Shown here piece by piece: positions 34,733 through 47,834 of a stretch of 64,000 bases of DNA. The translations under genes were made by a program, and so were the position numbers. This DNA comes from Escherichia coli (GTDB lineage: Bacteria; Pseudomonadota; Gammaproteobacteria; Enterobacterales; Enterobacteriaceae): assembly GCF_045037415.1 (NCBI RefSeq), contig NZ_CP173438.1, one strand, 5' to 3'. Every line of letters starts with the position of its first letter. The stretch's first letter is position 1. The notes beneath the pieces were generated by a model that did no database searches, was not told the origin of the DNA, and saw only the letters and a list, made by a program, of their open reading frames with translations.

Positions 34733-35602
34733 TTATTTCAGAACAGTTTTCAGTGCTTCACCGATATCAGCCAGGCTGCGAACGGTTTTCACGCCTGCGG
34801 CTTCCAGAGCAGCGAATTTCTCATCCGCAGTACCTTTACCACCGGCAATGATGGCACCCGCGTGGCCCATACGTTTGCCTTTCGGCGCAGTCACACCAGC
34901 GATGTAACCCACAACTGGCTTGGTGACGTGCTCTTTGATGTACGCAGCCGCTTCTTCTTCAGCGCTACCGCCGATCTCACCGATCATCACGATCGCTTCA
35001 GTCTGCGGATCTTTTTCGAACATTTCGAGAATATCGATAAAGTTAGAGCCAGGGATCGGGTCGCCGCCGATACCAACACAGGTCGACTGACCGAAACCGT
35101 AATCCGTGGTCTGTTTAACCGCTTCATAGGTCAGCGTACCGGAACGGGAAACGATACCCACTTTACCTGGTTTGTGAATGTGACCCGGCTGGATACCGAT
35201 TTTGCATTCCCCCGGGGTGATAACGCCTGGGCAGTTCGGGCCGATCATACGAACGCCTGCTTCATCCAGTTTCACTTTCACCGTCAGCATATCCAGCGTC
35301 GGGATGCCTTCAGTGATGGTGATAATCAGTTTGATGCCTGCATCGATAGCTTCCAGAATGGAGTCTTTGCAGAACGGTGCTGGTACGTAGATAACAGAGG
35401 CGGTAGCGCCAGTGGCAGCAACAGCTTCACGCACGGTGTTAAACACCGGCAGGCCGAGGTGGGTAGTACCGCCTTTACCTGGGGTTACGCCGCCAACCAT
35501 TTTAGTGCCGTATGCAATGGCCTGTTCAGAGTGGAAAGTCCCCTGGCTACCAGTAAAGCCCTGGCAGATAACCTTGGTGTTTTTATCAATTAAAATGGAC
35601 AT
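34733..35602 (-). CDS. sucD: succinyl-CoA synthetase alpha subunit
   Basis: 289 aa starting [24 protein letters not shown]. Confidence 0.98.
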
Positions 35603-36768
35603 TATTTCCCCTCCACTGCGGCAACAACCTGCTGAGCTGCATCCGTCAGACCTTTTGCTGCAATAATATTCAGGCCGCTGTCAGCCAGTTTCTTCGCACC
35701 GAGTTCGGCGTTGTTACCTTCCAGACGTACCACGACCGGTACGTTAACACCCACTTCTGCTACCGCGCCGATGATACCGTCAGCGATCAGGTCGCAACGA
35801 ACGATACCGCCGAAGATGTTAACCAGAACGGCTTTCACTTTGTCGTCAGAGAGGATGATTTTGAACGCTTCGGTTACACGTTCTTTGGTTGCGCCACCGC
35901 CAACGTCCAGGAAGTTAGCCGGTTCGCCGCCGTGCAGTTTAACGATGTCCATCGTACCCATCGCCAGACCTGCGCCGTTAACCATACAACCGATGTTACC
36001 GTCCAGCGCAACGTAGTTCAGTTCCCACTGTGCAGCCTGTGCTTCACGCGGATCTTCCTGCGACTGGTCACGCATTTCACGCAGATCAGGCTGGCGGAAC
36101 AGTGCGTTGCCATCAGCGCCCAGTTTGCCGTCGAGGCAAATCAGATCGCCCTGTTTGGTAATAACCAGCGGGTTGATTTCGATAAGCGCAAGGTCGCGCT
36201 CCAGGAAAATGGTCGCCAGGCCCATGAAGATTTTGGTGAACTGCTGAACCAGTTTACCTTCCAGACCCAGTTTAAACGCCAGCTCGCGTCCCTGATACGG
36301 CATCGGGCCAGTCAGCGGATCAAGCGCAACTTTGTGGATCAGGTGCGGAGTTTCTTCCGCCACTTTTTCGATTTCCACGCCGCCTTCGGTGGAGGCCATA
36401 AAGACCACGCGACGGGAACTACGGTCAACAACGGCACCGAGATACAGCTCTTTAGCGATATCGGTCGCTGCTTCAACCAGAATCTGGTTAACCGGTTGGC
36501 CATTGGCATCTGTTTGATACGTTACCAGACGCTTGCCCAGCCAGTTTTCTGCAAAAGCACGGATGTCTTCTTTGCTGTTTACAACTTTCACACCGCCCGC
36601 TTTACCGCGGCCACCAGCGTGAACCTGACATTTCACTACCCACGGACCGGCACCGATTTTTGAAGCGGCTTCTTCTGCTTCGCGTGGAGTAGTACAGGCA
36701 TAACCCACCGGTGCTGGTAAGCCATAGCGGGCAAAAAGTTGTTTTGCCTGATATTCATGTAAGTTCAT
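35602..36768 (-). CDS. sucC: succinyl-CoA synthetase beta subunit
   Basis: 388 aa starting [16 protein letters not shown]. Confidence 0.98.
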
Positions 36769-36808
36769 GTGTTCTGTCCATCCTTCAGTAATCGTTATCT
36801 TTTAAACC

Positions 36809-36839
36809 GTAGACCGACCCCCTATCCACGTCGGTCTAC
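36809..36839 (-). other. intercistronic stem-loop between sucB and sucC
   Basis: perfect 10-bp inverted repeat GTAGACCGAC-N11-GTCGGTCTAC. Confidence 0.6.
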
Positions 36840-36861
36840 AGTGCAGGTGAAGCTTAAACTA

Positions 36862-38079
36862 CTACACGTCCAGCAGCAGACGCGTCGGATCTTCCAGCAA
36901 CTCTTTGATCGTTACCAGGAAGCCCACGGATTCGCGACCATCGATCAAACGGTGATCGTAGGACAGCGCCAGGTACATCATCGGCAGGATCTCAACCTGG
37001 CCATTCACCGCCATCGGACGATCTTTGATAGCGTGCATACCCAGAATTGCGCTCTGCGGCGGGTTGATGATAGGCGTAGACATCAGGGAACCGAACACAC
37101 CACCGTTGGTGATGGTAAAGTTACCACCAGTCAGATCTTCAACCGTCAGCTTGCCGTCACGGCCTTTAACTGCCAGCTCTTTAATTTTCTTCTCGATGTC
37201 TGCCATGCCGAGGGTATCGACATCACGCAGAACCGGCGTCACCAGGCCGCGCGGCGTAGAAACCGCCATACTGACGTCGAAATAGTTGTGGTAGACCACA
37301 TCATCGCCGTCGATAGACGCATTCACTTCCGGGTAACGTTTCAGGGCTTCAACCACCGCTTTCACGTAGAAGGACATAAAGCCCAGACGGATGCCGTGGC
37401 GTTTTTCAAACGCTTCACCGTACTGCTTACGCAGATCCATAATCGGCTTCATGTTGACTTCGTTGAACGTGGTCAGCATGGCGGTGGAGTTTTTCGCTTC
37501 CAGCAGACGCTCTGCCACACGCTTACGCAGGCGAGTCATCGGCACACGTTTTTCGCTACGTGCAGCCAGGGCCGGTTGCGCCGCCGGAGCAGCCGCTGCC
37601 GGAGCAGACTCTTTCGCCGGGGCTTTCGCCAGATGTTTTTCCACATCTTCACGGGTCAGACGACCACCCACACCCGTGCCTTTAATGGCGCTGGCGTCGA
37701 GGTTATGTTCAGCCAGCAGGCGACGGATCGCCGGGCTTAACGCATCGTTGTTTTGCTCTTCCAGAGACGCCTGCTGGCGTTGCGCCGGAGTGGACGCTTT
37801 CTCTTCAGATTTGGCGCTGGTTTCTTTACCGGCGCTGTTGCCTTCACGCAGGCGACCAAGGATCTGACGAGACGTTACGGTTGTACCTTCATCTTCCAGA
37901 ACCGCATCCAGAATGCCGTCTGCTGATGCCGGTACTTCCAGTACCACTTTGTCAGTTTCGATTTCTACCAGCACTTCATCACGTACGACTACGTCGCCGG
38001 GTTTTTTATGCCAGGTTGCGACGGTGGCATCGGCTACGGATTCAGGCAGGTCAGGGACCAGAATATCTACGCTACTCAT
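36862..38079 (-). CDS. sucB: 2-oxoglutarate dehydrogenase E2 (dihydrolipoyl succinyltransferase)
   Basis: 405 aa; lipoyl domain, Ala/Pro linker, catalytic domain. Confidence 0.98.
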   Translation of the reverse strand: MSSVDILVPDLPESVADATVATWHKKPGDVVVRDEVLVEIETDKVVLEVPASADGILDAVLEDEGTTVTSRQILGRLREGNSAGKETSAKSEEKASTPAQRQQASLEEQNNDALSPAIRRLLAEHNLDASAIKGTGVGGRLTREDVEKHLAKAPAKESAPAAAAPAAQPALAARSEKRVPMTRLRKRVAERLLEAKNSTAMLTTFNEVNMKPIMDLRKQYGEAFEKRHGIRLGFMSFYVKAVVEALKRYPEVNASIDGDDVVYHNYFDVSMAVSTPRGLVTPVLRDVDTLGMADIEKKIKELAVKGRDGKLTVEDLTGGNFTITNGGVFGSLMSTPIINPPQSAILGMHAIKDRPMAVNGQVEILPMMYLALSYDHRLIDGRESVGFLVTIKELLEDPTRLLLDV

Positions 38080-38093
38080 TGTGTATCCTTTAT

Positions 38094-40895
38094 TTATTCG
38101 ACGTTCAGCGCGTCATTAACCAGATCTTGTTGCTGTTTCTGGTGAACGGACATATACCCTACCGCCGGAGAGGCGGAGGCCGGGCGGCCTGCATAACGCA
38201 GAGAAGCCCCAAACGGAATCACTTCACGGAAATGATGCTGGCTGCAGTACCATGCGCCCTGGTTGAGCGGCTCTTCCTGGCACCAGACAAAATCCTTGAC
38301 GTGAGCAAACTGCTGCAACACTTCCTGCATCGCTTTATGCGGGAACGGGTAGAGTTGCTCGATACGCACAATGGCGACATCGTGTTGATTGTTCTTACGA
38401 CGTTGTTCCAGCAGATCGTAATAAACCTTACCAGAACACATCACTACGCGCTTCACGCCCTTCGGATCAAGCTCGTCGATTTCACTGATGGCTGGCAGGA
38501 AGGTGCCGTTCGCCAGTTCTTCGAGGCTGGAAACCGCCAGCGGATGACGCAGCAGGGATTTCGGCGACATCACGACCAGTGGACGACGCATCCCGCGCAA
38601 CGCCTGACGACGCAGCATGTGGTAAACCTGTGCCGGGGTAGAAGGTACGCAAACCTGCATGTTTTGCTCAGCGCAAAGTTGCAGATAACGTTCCAGACGC
38701 GCGGAGGAGTGCTCCGGCCCCTGCCCTTCGTAACCGTGCGGCAGCAACATCACCAGGCCACACATCCGGCCCCATTTCTGTTCGCCAGAGGAGATGAACT
38801 GGTCGATAACCACCTGTGCACCGTTGGCGAAGTCACCGAACTGTGCTTCCCAGATGGTCAGGGTGCGTGGTTCTGCGGTGGCATAACCGTATTCAAACGC
38901 CAGTACGGCTTCTTCAGACAGTACAGAGTCCCAGACGCGGAACGCGCCCTGGCCGTTATGGATATGTTGCAGCGGCGTGTAAGTGGAACCGTTAGACTGG
39001 TTGTGGATCACCGCGTGGCGGTGGAAGAAGGTACCGCGACCGGAGTCTTCACCCGACAGGCGAACCGGAATGCCTTCGTCAACCAACGTGGCGTAAGCGA
39101 GGTTTTCCGCGCCGCCCCAGTCGAACAGTTTCTCACCGGCTGCCATCGCCTGGCGATCGCCATAAATTTTGGCAACGCGAGACTGCATTTCAACCGCTTC
39201 CGGCACCGTGCTGATGCGTTTAGCCAGTTCCTGCAGGCGCTTCATCTCAACTTTGTTCGGGTACTCTTCGTCCCATTCGTGGTTGAGGTACGGCGACCAG
39301 GTGAAAGAGTGCATGTTCATCGGACGCCACTCTGCTACAACGCAATCGCCAGCATCCAGCGCATCGCGGTACAGGTTAACCATCTCGGTGGCATCTTCCA
39401 GCGTCGCGACTTTTTCCTGCTCCAGCTTGTCAGCGTAGATTTTGCGCGGCGTCGGATGTTTTTTGATTTTCTGATACATCAGCGGCTGGGTTGCGCTCGG
39501 CTCGTCGGCTTCGTTGTGGCCGTGACGGCGGTAGCATACCAGGTCGATGAAGACATCACGTTTAAAGGTGTTACGGAAATCGAGCGCCAGACGGGTCACA
39601 AAGGCAACGGCTTCCGGATCATCCGCATTAACGTGGAAAATCGGTGCCTGAACCATCTTACCGATATCAGTACAGTACGGCGTCGAACGGGCATCCAGCG
39701 GGTTAGAGGTGGTGAAGCCAACCTGGTTGTTGATAACGATACGTACCGTACCGCCAACTTCATAACCACGCGCTTTCGACATGTTCAGGGTTTCCTGAAC
39801 TACGCCCTGCCCGGTCACTGCGGCGTCACCATGAATGGTGATTGGCAGCACTTTGTTGCTGCTCGGCTCATCAAGTCTGTCCAGACGGGCACGAACAGAA
39901 CCGATAACGACCGGGCTTACAATCTCAAGGTGAGACGGGTTAAACGCCAGCGCCAGGTGCACCAGGCCGCCATCGGTCTGGAAGTCAGACGAGAAGCCCA
40001 TGTGGTATTTCACGTCGCCCGTGCCGAGGTGTTCTTTATGTTTACCGGCAAACTCGTCGAACAAGTCTTGCGGTTTTTTACCCAGCACGTTCACCAGCAC
40101 GTTCAGACGACCACGGTGCGCCATCCCGAGAACCACTTCGCGGGTGCCGCTGTTGCCAGCGTGGCGGATCATCTCTTTAAGCATCGGGATTAACGCGTCA
40201 CCGCCTTCCAGCGAGAAGCGTTTTGCGCCAGGGAATTTTGCGCCAAGGTAACGTTCAAGGCCTTCAGCGGCGGTCAGTTCGCTTAAGAAGCGTTTTTTCT
40301 CTTCGCTATTGAAAGTCGCGCGACCAGACTCGATACGCTGTTGGATCCAGCGTTTTTCTTCGGTGCTGGTAATGTGCATATACTCGGCACCAATCGGGCC
40401 ACAGTAGGTTTGCTTGAGGGCTTCCAGCAGCTCGCCGAGTTTCATGGTTTCTTTGCCGCTGGCAAATGAACCGACGTTGAAGGTCTCCTGGAAGTCTGCT
40501 TCGGTCAGATCGTGGAAAGACGGATCCAGATCGGCCACTTTATCTTGCTGCCACAGTCCCAGCGGATCGAGATTCGCATGCTGGTGACCACGGAAGCGGT
40601 ATGCGTTAATGAGCTGCAGGACTTTAACCTGCTTCACATTGGTGTCAGGGTCGGAGATCGTTGAAGAGTAACGTGAAGCGTCTTTCGCCAGGCGGCGGAA
40701 ATATTCACGCGTTTGAGAGTGGAATTGATCCGGTTTGACTCCCGTACCAGGTAACTGCTGGAACGTCGAACGCCAGTTAGCGTCAACCGAGTCAGGATCG
40801 GTTAAGAAGTCTTCATAGAGCTGTTCTATCCAGCTCTGGTTTGCGCCAGAGAGGTAAGAAGAGTCCAACCAGGCTTTCAAAGCGCTGTTCTGCAT
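38094..40895 (-). CDS. sucA: 2-oxoglutarate dehydrogenase E1
   Basis: 933 aa starting [15 protein letters not shown]. Confidence 0.98.
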   Translation of the reverse strand: MQNSALKAWLDSSYLSGANQSWIEQLYEDFLTDPDSVDANWRSTFQQLPGTGVKPDQFHSQTREYFRRLAKDASRYSSTISDPDTNVKQVKVLQLINAYRFRGHQHANLDPLGLWQQDKVADLDPSFHDLTEADFQETFNVGSFASGKETMKLGELLEALKQTYCGPIGAEYMHITSTEEKRWIQQRIESGRATFNSEEKKRFLSELTAAEGLERYLGAKFPGAKRFSLEGGDALIPMLKEMIRHAGNSGTREVVLGMAHRGRLNVLVNVLGKKPQDLFDEFAGKHKEHLGTGDVKYHMGFSSDFQTDGGLVHLALAFNPSHLEIVSPVVIGSVRARLDRLDEPSSNKVLPITIHGDAAVTGQGVVQETLNMSKARGYEVGGTVRIVINNQVGFTTSNPLDARSTPYCTDIGKMVQAPIFHVNADDPEAVAFVTRLALDFRNTFKRDVFIDLVCYRRHGHNEADEPSATQPLMYQKIKKHPTPRKIYADKLEQEKVATLEDATEMVNLYRDALDAGDCVVAEWRPMNMHSFTWSPYLNHEWDEEYPNKVEMKRLQELAKRISTVPEAVEMQSRVAKIYGDRQAMAAGEKLFDWGGAENLAYATLVDEGIPVRLSGEDSGRGTFFHRHAVIHNQSNGSTYTPLQHIHNGQGAFRVWDSVLSEEAVLAFEYGYATAEPRTLTIWEAQFGDFANGAQVVIDQFISSGEQKWGRMCGLVMLLPHGYEGQGPEHSSARLERYLQLCAEQNMQVCVPSTPAQVYHMLRRQALRGMRRPLVVMSPKSLLRHPLAVSSLEELANGTFLPAISEIDELDPKGVKRVVMCSGKVYYDLLEQRRKNNQHDVAIVRIEQLYPFPHKAMQEVLQQFAHVKDFVWCQEEPLNQGAWYCSQHHFREVIPFGASLRYAGRPASASPAVGYMSVHQKQQQDLVNDALNVE

Positions 40896-41068
40896 CGTGA
40901 TCCCTTAAGCATCTTTTTTATGCTTACTTCGCCGTGGATACTACCACGCACATTTCATATCTGATGTGCGTGCCGGGGTTCACTTGTTGCGGACTTGTCG
41001 TGTTTTCTGCGTCCGCTAAGGAACCTTTAAAAACTGTCTTAGTGTCAGGGGCAGTTTTTAAAGATTTC

Positions 41069-41255
41069 CTGCATTTCTTTTGTAGGCCGGATAAGGCATT
41101 CACGCCGCATCCGGCGCTGTTTGCCTGATGCGACGCTTGCGCGTCTTATCAGGCCTACGGTTTCTGCATTTCTTTTGTAGGCCGGATAAGGCGTTCACGC
41201 CGCATCCGGCACTGGTTGCCTGATGCGACGCTTGTGCGTCTTATCAGGCCTACGG
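41069..41255. repeat. BIME: two tandem ~95-bp copies, each a REP pair
   Basis: 41069-41163 and 41164-41258 near-identical; each holds GCCGGATAAGGCGTTCACGCCGCATCCGGC and GCCTGATGCGACGCTTGCGCGTCTTATCAGGCCTACGG. Confidence 0.85.
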
Positions 41256-41256
41256 T

Positions 41257-41973
41257 TTACGCATTACGTTGCAACAACATCGACTTGATATGGCCGATGG
41301 CGCGCGTCGGGTTCAGCCCCTTCGGACATACACTGACGCAGTTCATGATGCTGTGACAGCGGAATACACTGAATGCATCGCTCAAACCGTCGAGGCGGCT
41401 GTCAGTCTCGGTATCACGGCTATCGATCAGGAAACGATATGCCGCTAACAAGCCTGCCGGACCGATAAACTTATCGGGATTCCACCAGAAAGACGGACAA
41501 GAGGTTGAACAACATGCGCAGAGAATACATTCATACAACCCGTCGAGTTTTTCGCGCTGCTCTGGCATCTGTAAATGCTCGCGAGCTGGCGGATTTTGTC
41601 CATTATTCAACAGGTAAGGCTTAATTTTCTCATATTGCGCATAGAATTGTCCCATGTCTACCACCAAATCGCGGATCACCGGTAAACCTGGCAGCGGACG
41701 AATCACAATCTTCTTGCCCGGCTGGTTGAGTGCCGAAATCGGGGTAATACAGGCCAGACCATTCTTACCGTTCATGTTCAGACCGTCGGAACCGCACACA
41801 CCTTCACGGCAGGAGCGGCGGAACGACAGGCTGGGATCTTTCTCTTTCAGCTGAATAAGCGCATCCAGCAGCATCATGTCGCGACCTTCTTCCGCTTCCA
41901 GGGTGTAATCCTGCATACGCGGAGCATCATCAACATCCGGGTTATAGCGATAAATTGAAAACTCGAGTCTCAT
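41257..41973 (-). CDS. sdhB: succinate dehydrogenase iron-sulfur subunit
   Basis: 238 aa with Cys clusters for 2Fe-2S, 4Fe-4S and 3Fe-4S centres. Confidence 0.98.
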   Translation of the reverse strand: MRLEFSIYRYNPDVDDAPRMQDYTLEAEEGRDMMLLDALIQLKEKDPSLSFRRSCREGVCGSDGLNMNGKNGLACITPISALNQPGKKIVIRPLPGLPVIRDLVVDMGQFYAQYEKIKPYLLNNGQNPPAREHLQMPEQREKLDGLYECILCACCSTSCPSFWWNPDKFIGPAGLLAAYRFLIDSRDTETDSRLDGLSDAFSVFRCHSIMNCVSVCPKGLNPTRAIGHIKSMLLQRNA

Positions 41974-41988
41974 TTTCCTGTCTCCGCA

Positions 41989-43755
41989 TTAGTAAGTACG
42001 AATCTTCGGCGGGAATGCCGGGCGCAGTTTCGGTTCCATGTTGACGCTTCGGCGCGTCATGGATTCCGACTCTGGCAGATACAGGGAGTGGCACAGCCAG
42101 TTTTCATCATCACGATCCGGGAAGTCGAAGCGGCTATGCGCGCCACGGCTTTCGGTACGGAAGTTGGCAGAAACAGCCGTTGCATACGCCGTTTCCATCA
42201 GGTTATCCAGTTCCAGGCACTCAACGCGCTGGGTGTTGAACTCGCTGGAAGTGTCATCCAGACGGGCATTTTTCAGACGCTCGCGGATAACTTTCAACTG
42301 CTCAAGCCCTTTCGCCATCGCATCACCTTCACGGAAGACCGAGAAGTTATGCTGCATACATTCTTGCAGTGCTTTACGGATCGCCACCGGATCTTCACCG
42401 TTACGGTTATTGTTCCAGCGGTTCAGGCGATCCAGAGACGCTTCTACATCAGACTCGCTGGCATCGCGCAGTGCGCCCTGCTCGGCGATAGACTCTTGCA
42501 GATGCAGACCTGCCGCACGACCAAATACCACCAGGTCCAGCAGCGAGTTGCCGCCCAGACGGTTAGCGCCGTGTACCGATACACAAGCGATTTCACCAAC
42601 GGCAAACAGCCCCGGAACAACCACATCTTCGCCTTTCTCATTCACCGTCAGCGCCTGACCGGTCACTTTGGTCGGAATACCGCCCATCATGTAGTGACAG
42701 GTTGGGATAACCGGAATCGGCTCTTTCACCGGATCGACGTGAGCGAAGGTACGGGAGAGTTCCAGAATACCCGGCAGACGGGATTCGAGAACTTCTTTCC
42801 CCAGATGGTCAAGTTTCAGTTTTGCGTGTGGCCCCCACGGACCATCACAGCCGCGACCTTCACGGATTTCGATCATGATGGAACGCGCCACCACGTCACG
42901 GCCCGCCAGGTCTTTGGCGTTCGGCGCATAACGCTCCATAAAGCGTTCGCCATGTTTGTTCAGCAGATAACCGCCTTCACCACGGCACCCTTCGGTGACC
43001 AGTACGCCCGCACCGGCAATACCGGTCGGGTGGAACTGCCACATTTCCATATCCTGCACCGGTACGCCTGCACGGATAGCCATGCCGACACCGTCGCCAG
43101 TGTTAATGTGGGCGTTGGTGGTGGACTGATAAATACGCCCTGCCCCGCCAGTCGCCAGCACTGTCGCGCGAGCTTTAAAGTAAACCACTTCACCAGTTTC
43201 GATGCACAGTGCGGTACAACCGACCACTGCGCCATCCTGGTTTTTCACCAGATCCAGCGCATACCACTCGGAGAAAATGGTGGTGTGGTTTTTCAGGTTC
43301 TGCTGATAAAGCGTGTGCAACAGTGCGTGACCGGTACGGTCAGCTGCCGCCGCAGTACGTGCCGCCTGCTCGCCGCCGAAGTTTTTCGACTGACCGCCAA
43401 ACGGACGTTGATAGATACGACCATCATCAAGACGCGAGAACGGCAGGCCCATATGTTCCAGTTCCAGAATCGCTTCCGGCCCGGTTTTACACATATATTC
43501 AATCGCGTCCTGGTCACCGATATAGTCCGACCCTTTTACGGTGTCGTACATATGCCATTCCCAGTTATCTTCATGGGTATTACCCAGCGCAACGGTAATA
43601 CCACCTTGCGCAGAAACGGTATGGGAACGGGTCGGGAAGACCTTAGAGAGCAGCGCACAGGTCTGGCCACTCTGGGAAATTTGCAGCGCCGCGCGCATAC
43701 CTGCGCCGCCAGCACCAATCACAACTGCATCAAATTCTCTGACTGGCAATTTCAT
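41989..43755 (-). CDS. sdhA: succinate dehydrogenase flavoprotein subunit
   Basis: 588 aa; FAD-binding GAGGAG; start at [14 protein letters not shown]. Confidence 0.98.
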   Translation of the reverse strand: MKLPVREFDAVVIGAGGAGMRAALQISQSGQTCALLSKVFPTRSHTVSAQGGITVALGNTHEDNWEWHMYDTVKGSDYIGDQDAIEYMCKTGPEAILELEHMGLPFSRLDDGRIYQRPFGGQSKNFGGEQAARTAAAADRTGHALLHTLYQQNLKNHTTIFSEWYALDLVKNQDGAVVGCTALCIETGEVVYFKARATVLATGGAGRIYQSTTNAHINTGDGVGMAIRAGVPVQDMEMWQFHPTGIAGAGVLVTEGCRGEGGYLLNKHGERFMERYAPNAKDLAGRDVVARSIMIEIREGRGCDGPWGPHAKLKLDHLGKEVLESRLPGILELSRTFAHVDPVKEPIPVIPTCHYMMGGIPTKVTGQALTVNEKGEDVVVPGLFAVGEIACVSVHGANRLGGNSLLDLVVFGRAAGLHLQESIAEQGALRDASESDVEASLDRLNRWNNNRNGEDPVAIRKALQECMQHNFSVFREGDAMAKGLEQLKVIRERLKNARLDDTSSEFNTQRVECLELDNLMETAYATAVSANFRTESRGAHSRFDFPDRDDENWLCHSLYLPESESMTRRSVNMEPKLRPAFPPKIRTY

Positions 43756-44102
43756 CACACACCCCACACCACAACGAATCCATAAATCACGTAAACCACC
43801 AGTGCAACGACAATCACCAGTTGCAGCATCAGGCGCAAGGCCAGCGGTTTAACGTAGTCGGTCAACACCTGCCACATGCCGATCCAGGCATGGATCAAGA
43901 TAGAAAACAGCGCCAGCAGGGTGAACACTTTGGTGAACGCAGAGGCGAAGAAACCAATCCAGACTTCATATGTCAGCTCGCCACTGGTAGCGAAAAAACC
44001 GACCATATAAATGATGTAGAGCGTCAGGACGATAGCGGTAGCACGAACGAGGATGAAATCATGTACGCCATTGCGTCCTAATGCGGAGGCGTTGCTTACC
44101 AT
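43755..44102 (-). CDS. sdhD: succinate dehydrogenase membrane anchor subunit
   Basis: 115 aa hydrophobic protein. Confidence 0.97.
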
Positions 44103-44485
44103 ACGAGGACTCCTGCGAGAAGTGAAAGCACGACAGTAATAACAAAGGAGATTTTGGCGGAGCGTTTACCCGCTTCGAATGTTTCTTCCAGATAGCCAAA
44201 ATCCATCATCATGTGGCGAATACCTACGACGACGTGATATGCCAGAGCGGTAAGGATGCCCCACATGATAAATTTGACGAAGAAGCTGCCCATAATCGCG
44301 GAAGCTTGCTCGAAACCTTCAGGGGAAGAGAGGCTGGTACCCAGAAGCCACAGCAGGATGCCCACTGCAACAAAGGTGATCACACCGGAAACGCGATGGA
44401 GAATGGACGCTATCGCCGTGACGGGGAACCGGATGGTCTGTAGGTCCAGATTAACAGGTCTTTGTTTTTTCACATTTCTTATCAT
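44096..44485 (-). CDS. sdhC: succinate dehydrogenase cytochrome b556 subunit
   Basis: 129 aa; start at [15 protein letters not shown]. Confidence 0.97.
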
Positions 44486-45193
44486 GAATAACGCCCACAT
44501 GCTGTTCTTATTATTCCCTGGGGACTACGGGCACAGAGGTTAACTTTCTGTTACCAGGAGACGTCGGGATTTCCTTCCTCCGGTCTGCTTGCGGGTCAGA
44601 CAGCGTCCTTTCTATAACTGCGCGTCATGCAAAACACTGCTTCCAGATGCGAAAACGACACGTTACAACGCTGGGTGGCTCGGGATTGCAGGGTGTTCCG
44701 GAGACCTGGCGGCAGTATAGGCTGTTCACAAAATCATTACAATTAACCTACATATAGTTTGTCGGGTTTTATCCCGAACAGTGATCTGCGTCACGATAAC
44801 AACATTTATTTAATTTTTAATCATCTAATTTGACAATCATTCAACAAAGTTGTTACAAACATTACTAGGAAAAGCATATAATGCGTAAAAGTTATGAAGT
44901 CGGTATTTCACCTAAGATTAACTTATGTAACAGTGTGGAAGTATTGACCAATTCATTCGGGACAGTTATTAGTGGTAGACAAGTTTAATAATTCGGATTG
45001 CTAAGTACTTGATTCGCCATTTATTCGTCATCAATAGATCCTTTACCTGCAAGCGCCCAGAGCTCTGTACCCAGGTTTTCCCCTCTTTCACAGAGCGGCG
45101 AGCCAAATAACAAACGGGTAAAGCCAGGTTGATGTGCGAAGGCAAATTTAAGTTCCGGCAGTCTTACGCAATAAGGCGCTAAGGAGACCTTAA

Positions 45194-46477
45194 ATGGCTG
45201 ATACAAAAGCAAAACTCACCCTCAACGGGGACACAGCTGTTGAACTGGATGTGCTGAAAGGCACGCTGGGTCAAGATGTTATTGATATCCGTACTCTCGG
45301 TTCAAAAGGTGTGTTCACCTTTGACCCAGGCTTCACTTCAACCGCATCCTGCGAATCTAAAATTACTTTTATTGATGGTGATGAAGGTATTTTGCTGCAC
45401 CGCGGTTTCCCGATCGATCAGCTGGCGACCGATTCTAACTACCTGGAAGTTTGTTACATCCTGCTGAATGGTGAAAAACCGACTCAGGAACAGTATGACG
45501 AATTTAAAACTACGGTGACCCGTCATACCATGATCCACGAGCAGATTACCCGTCTGTTCCATGCTTTCCGTCGCGACTCGCATCCAATGGCAGTCATGTG
45601 TGGTATTACCGGCGCGCTGGCAGCGTTCTATCACGACTCGCTGGATGTTAACAATCCTCGTCATCGTGAAATTGCCGCGTTCCGCCTGCTGTCAAAAATG
45701 CCGACCATGGCCGCGATGTGTTACAAGTATTCCATTGGTCAGCCATTTGTTTACCCGCGCAACGATCTCTCCTACGCCGGTAACTTCCTGAATATGATGT
45801 TCTCCACACCGTGCGAACCGTATGAAGTTAATCCGATTCTGGAACGTGCTATGGACCGTATTCTGATCCTGCACGCTGACCATGAACAGAACGCCTCCAC
45901 CTCCACCGTGCGTACCGCTGGCTCTTCGGGTGCGAACCCGTTTGCCTGTATCGCAGCAGGTATTGCTTCACTGTGGGGACCTGCGCACGGTGGTGCTAAC
46001 GAAGCGGCGCTGAAAATGCTGGAAGAAATCAGCTCCGTTAAACACATTCCGGAATTTGTTCGTCGTGCGAAAGACAAAAATGATTCTTTCCGCCTGATGG
46101 GCTTCGGTCATCGCGTGTACAAAAACTACGACCCGCGCGCCACCGTAATGCGTGAAACCTGCCATGAAGTGCTGAAAGAGCTGGGCACCAAAGATGACCT
46201 GCTGGAAGTGGCTATGGAGCTGGAAAACATCGCGCTGAACGACCCGTACTTTATCGAGAAAAAACTGTACCCGAACGTCGATTTCTACTCTGGTATCATC
46301 CTGAAAGCGATGGGTATTCCGTCTTCTATGTTCACCGTGATCTTCGCTATGGCACGTACGGTTGGCTGGATCGCCCACTGGAGCGAAATGCACAGTGACG
46401 GTATGAAGATTGCCCGTCCGCGTCAGCTGTATACCGGCTACGCGCAGCGTGATTTTAAGTCGGATATTAAGAAGTAA
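45194..46477 (+). CDS. gltA: citrate synthase
   Basis: 427 aa starting [23 protein letters not shown]; divergent from sdhC across a 708-bp regulatory region. Confidence 0.98.
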   Translation: MADTKAKLTLNGDTAVELDVLKGTLGQDVIDIRTLGSKGVFTFDPGFTSTASCESKITFIDGDEGILLHRGFPIDQLATDSNYLEVCYILLNGEKPTQEQYDEFKTTVTRHTMIHEQITRLFHAFRRDSHPMAVMCGITGALAAFYHDSLDVNNPRHREIAAFRLLSKMPTMAAMCYKYSIGQPFVYPRNDLSYAGNFLNMMFSTPCEPYEVNPILERAMDRILILHADHEQNASTSTVRTAGSSGANPFACIAAGIASLWGPAHGGANEAALKMLEEISSVKHIPEFVRRAKDKNDSFRLMGFGHRVYKNYDPRATVMRETCHEVLKELGTKDDLLEVAMELENIALNDPYFIEKKLYPNVDFYSGIILKAMGIPSSMFTVIFAMARTVGWIAHWSEMHSDGMKIARPRQLYTGYAQRDFKSDIKK

Positions 46478-46494
46478 AAATGACACCGACAAAA

Positions 46495-46519
46495 CCCTGC
46501 GTGGACACGCAGGGTTTTT
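46495..46519. terminator. shared hairpin terminator between convergent gltA and TRAP permease gene
   Basis: CCCTGCGT-ggac-ACGCAGGG followed by TTTTT on the plus strand and a shorter T-run on the minus strand. Confidence 0.7.
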
Positions 46520-46523
46520 AATT

Positions 46524-47834
46524 CTACACCAGCAGCAAAGATATTGCCGGAATATAGGTAATGACCAACAGAAGTAAAATAAGACTGATCAGTAATGGCA
46601 CCGCTTCACGCATAAATTGCCCGACAGAAACCTGTACGGTATTACATACCAGCAGCATCACCGTTCCGACAGGTGGTGATAACGTTCCTAACGATAAGTT
46701 GAGGATCATAATGATGCCAAAATGCACCGGATCAATGCCAAAATGAGCCACCACGGGTTTAAGTAATGGGACTAATATCAGCAGAATGGCACTACCTTCA
46801 AGGAACATGCCAAGCACCAGCAGCAATAGATTGATAATCAATAAAAAGACGTATTTATTATCGGTCAGAGAAGTTACAAACTCCGCAACCGTGATACCTG
46901 CCCGCTCAAGGGAAAATATCCAGCCCAGCGCGGCACTCGCCATAATGATTAACATGACCGATGCCGTGGAACGCGCCGTCTCAGAGAGTGCTGTAAATAC
47001 ATGGCTGATTTTCAGTTCGCGATAAATTACAAAACCAATAAACATTACCAATAATACTGCTACCGCTCCGGCTTCCGTTGGCGTAAAGATATTTGCCCGA
47101 ATACCACCGATAACCGCAACAATTAAGAACAGTGCTGGCCAGGCCTGCACCAGCGCCACTGACACTTCTTTCGGTTTTGGCCAGTGTTCGCTGGAAGGTT
47201 TTAAACCGCGACGAATAGCCACCAACCATACGGTAACGATCAACATGGCGGAGCACAGCAGACCTGGCAGGATCCCGGCCATAAACATGGAGCCGATGGA
47301 GACATCCGCCACCAGTCCGTAAAGGATCAGTGCAATACCCGGTGGAATAATTGGTGTAATCAGCGAACCACTTGCCGTTATCGCCGCCGCAAAGCCACGG
47401 GAATAACCTTTCTGTTCCATTTCCGGCACCATCATGCGCGATAACATTGCGGCATCCGCCAGATTTGAGGCACTGACACCGCCCATCATGGTACTGACCA
47501 GAATATTAGCCCCACCCAGGCCACCGCGCATTCTGCCAATCAACACGTTGGCAATTTGCAAAATACGCGCGGCAATACCGGTATAGCTCATTAACGTGCC
47601 TAATAAGATAAAAAACGGAATAGCTAACAGCGAAGGGGTTTGCGTCGTGGCAATCAAACGCTGAATTGCCACCATTAACGGCACATTTGAATAGCAAAGG
47701 AAGTAGGTCAGAATGCCGCAAAACATCGCCAGCCATACCGGCATATTGATAAATAAACAGACGAACATAAGCGGAATGATCATCAGCCAGTTATCCAGCC
47801 AGCTTCCCGCCAGTAATTCACTCAATGCTGTCAT
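46524..47834 (-). CDS. TRAP transporter large permease subunit (DctM family)
   Basis: 436-aa polytopic membrane protein; 1-nt overlap with upstream DctQ-like gene. Confidence 0.85.
   Translation of the reverse strand: MTALSELLAGSWLDNWLMIIPLMFVCLFINMPVWLAMFCGILTYFLCYSNVPLMVAIQRLIATTQTPSLLAIPFFILLGTLMSYTGIAARILQIANVLIGRMRGGLGGANILVSTMMGGVSASNLADAAMLSRMMVPEMEQKGYSRGFAAAITASGSLITPIIPPGIALILYGLVADVSIGSMFMAGILPGLLCSAMLIVTVWLVAIRRGLKPSSEHWPKPKEVSVALVQAWPALFLIVAVIGGIRANIFTPTEAGAVAVLLVMFIGFVIYRELKISHVFTALSETARSTASVMLIIMASAALGWIFSLERAGITVAEFVTSLTDNKYVFLLIINLLLLVLGMFLEGSAILLILVPLLKPVVAHFGIDPVHFGIIMILNLSLGTLSPPVGTVMLLVCNTVQVSVGQFMREAVPLLISLILLLLVITYIPAISLLLV

Noticed and set aside
37881-40193. 770-aa ORF on the plus strand
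   Set aside because: Entirely antisense to sucA, a well-conserved gene; Arg/His/Val-rich composition typical of a spurious frame. Not a gene.
42088-43785. 565-aa ORF on the plus strand
   Set aside because: Antisense to sdhA; no RBS or domain signature; shadow ORF.
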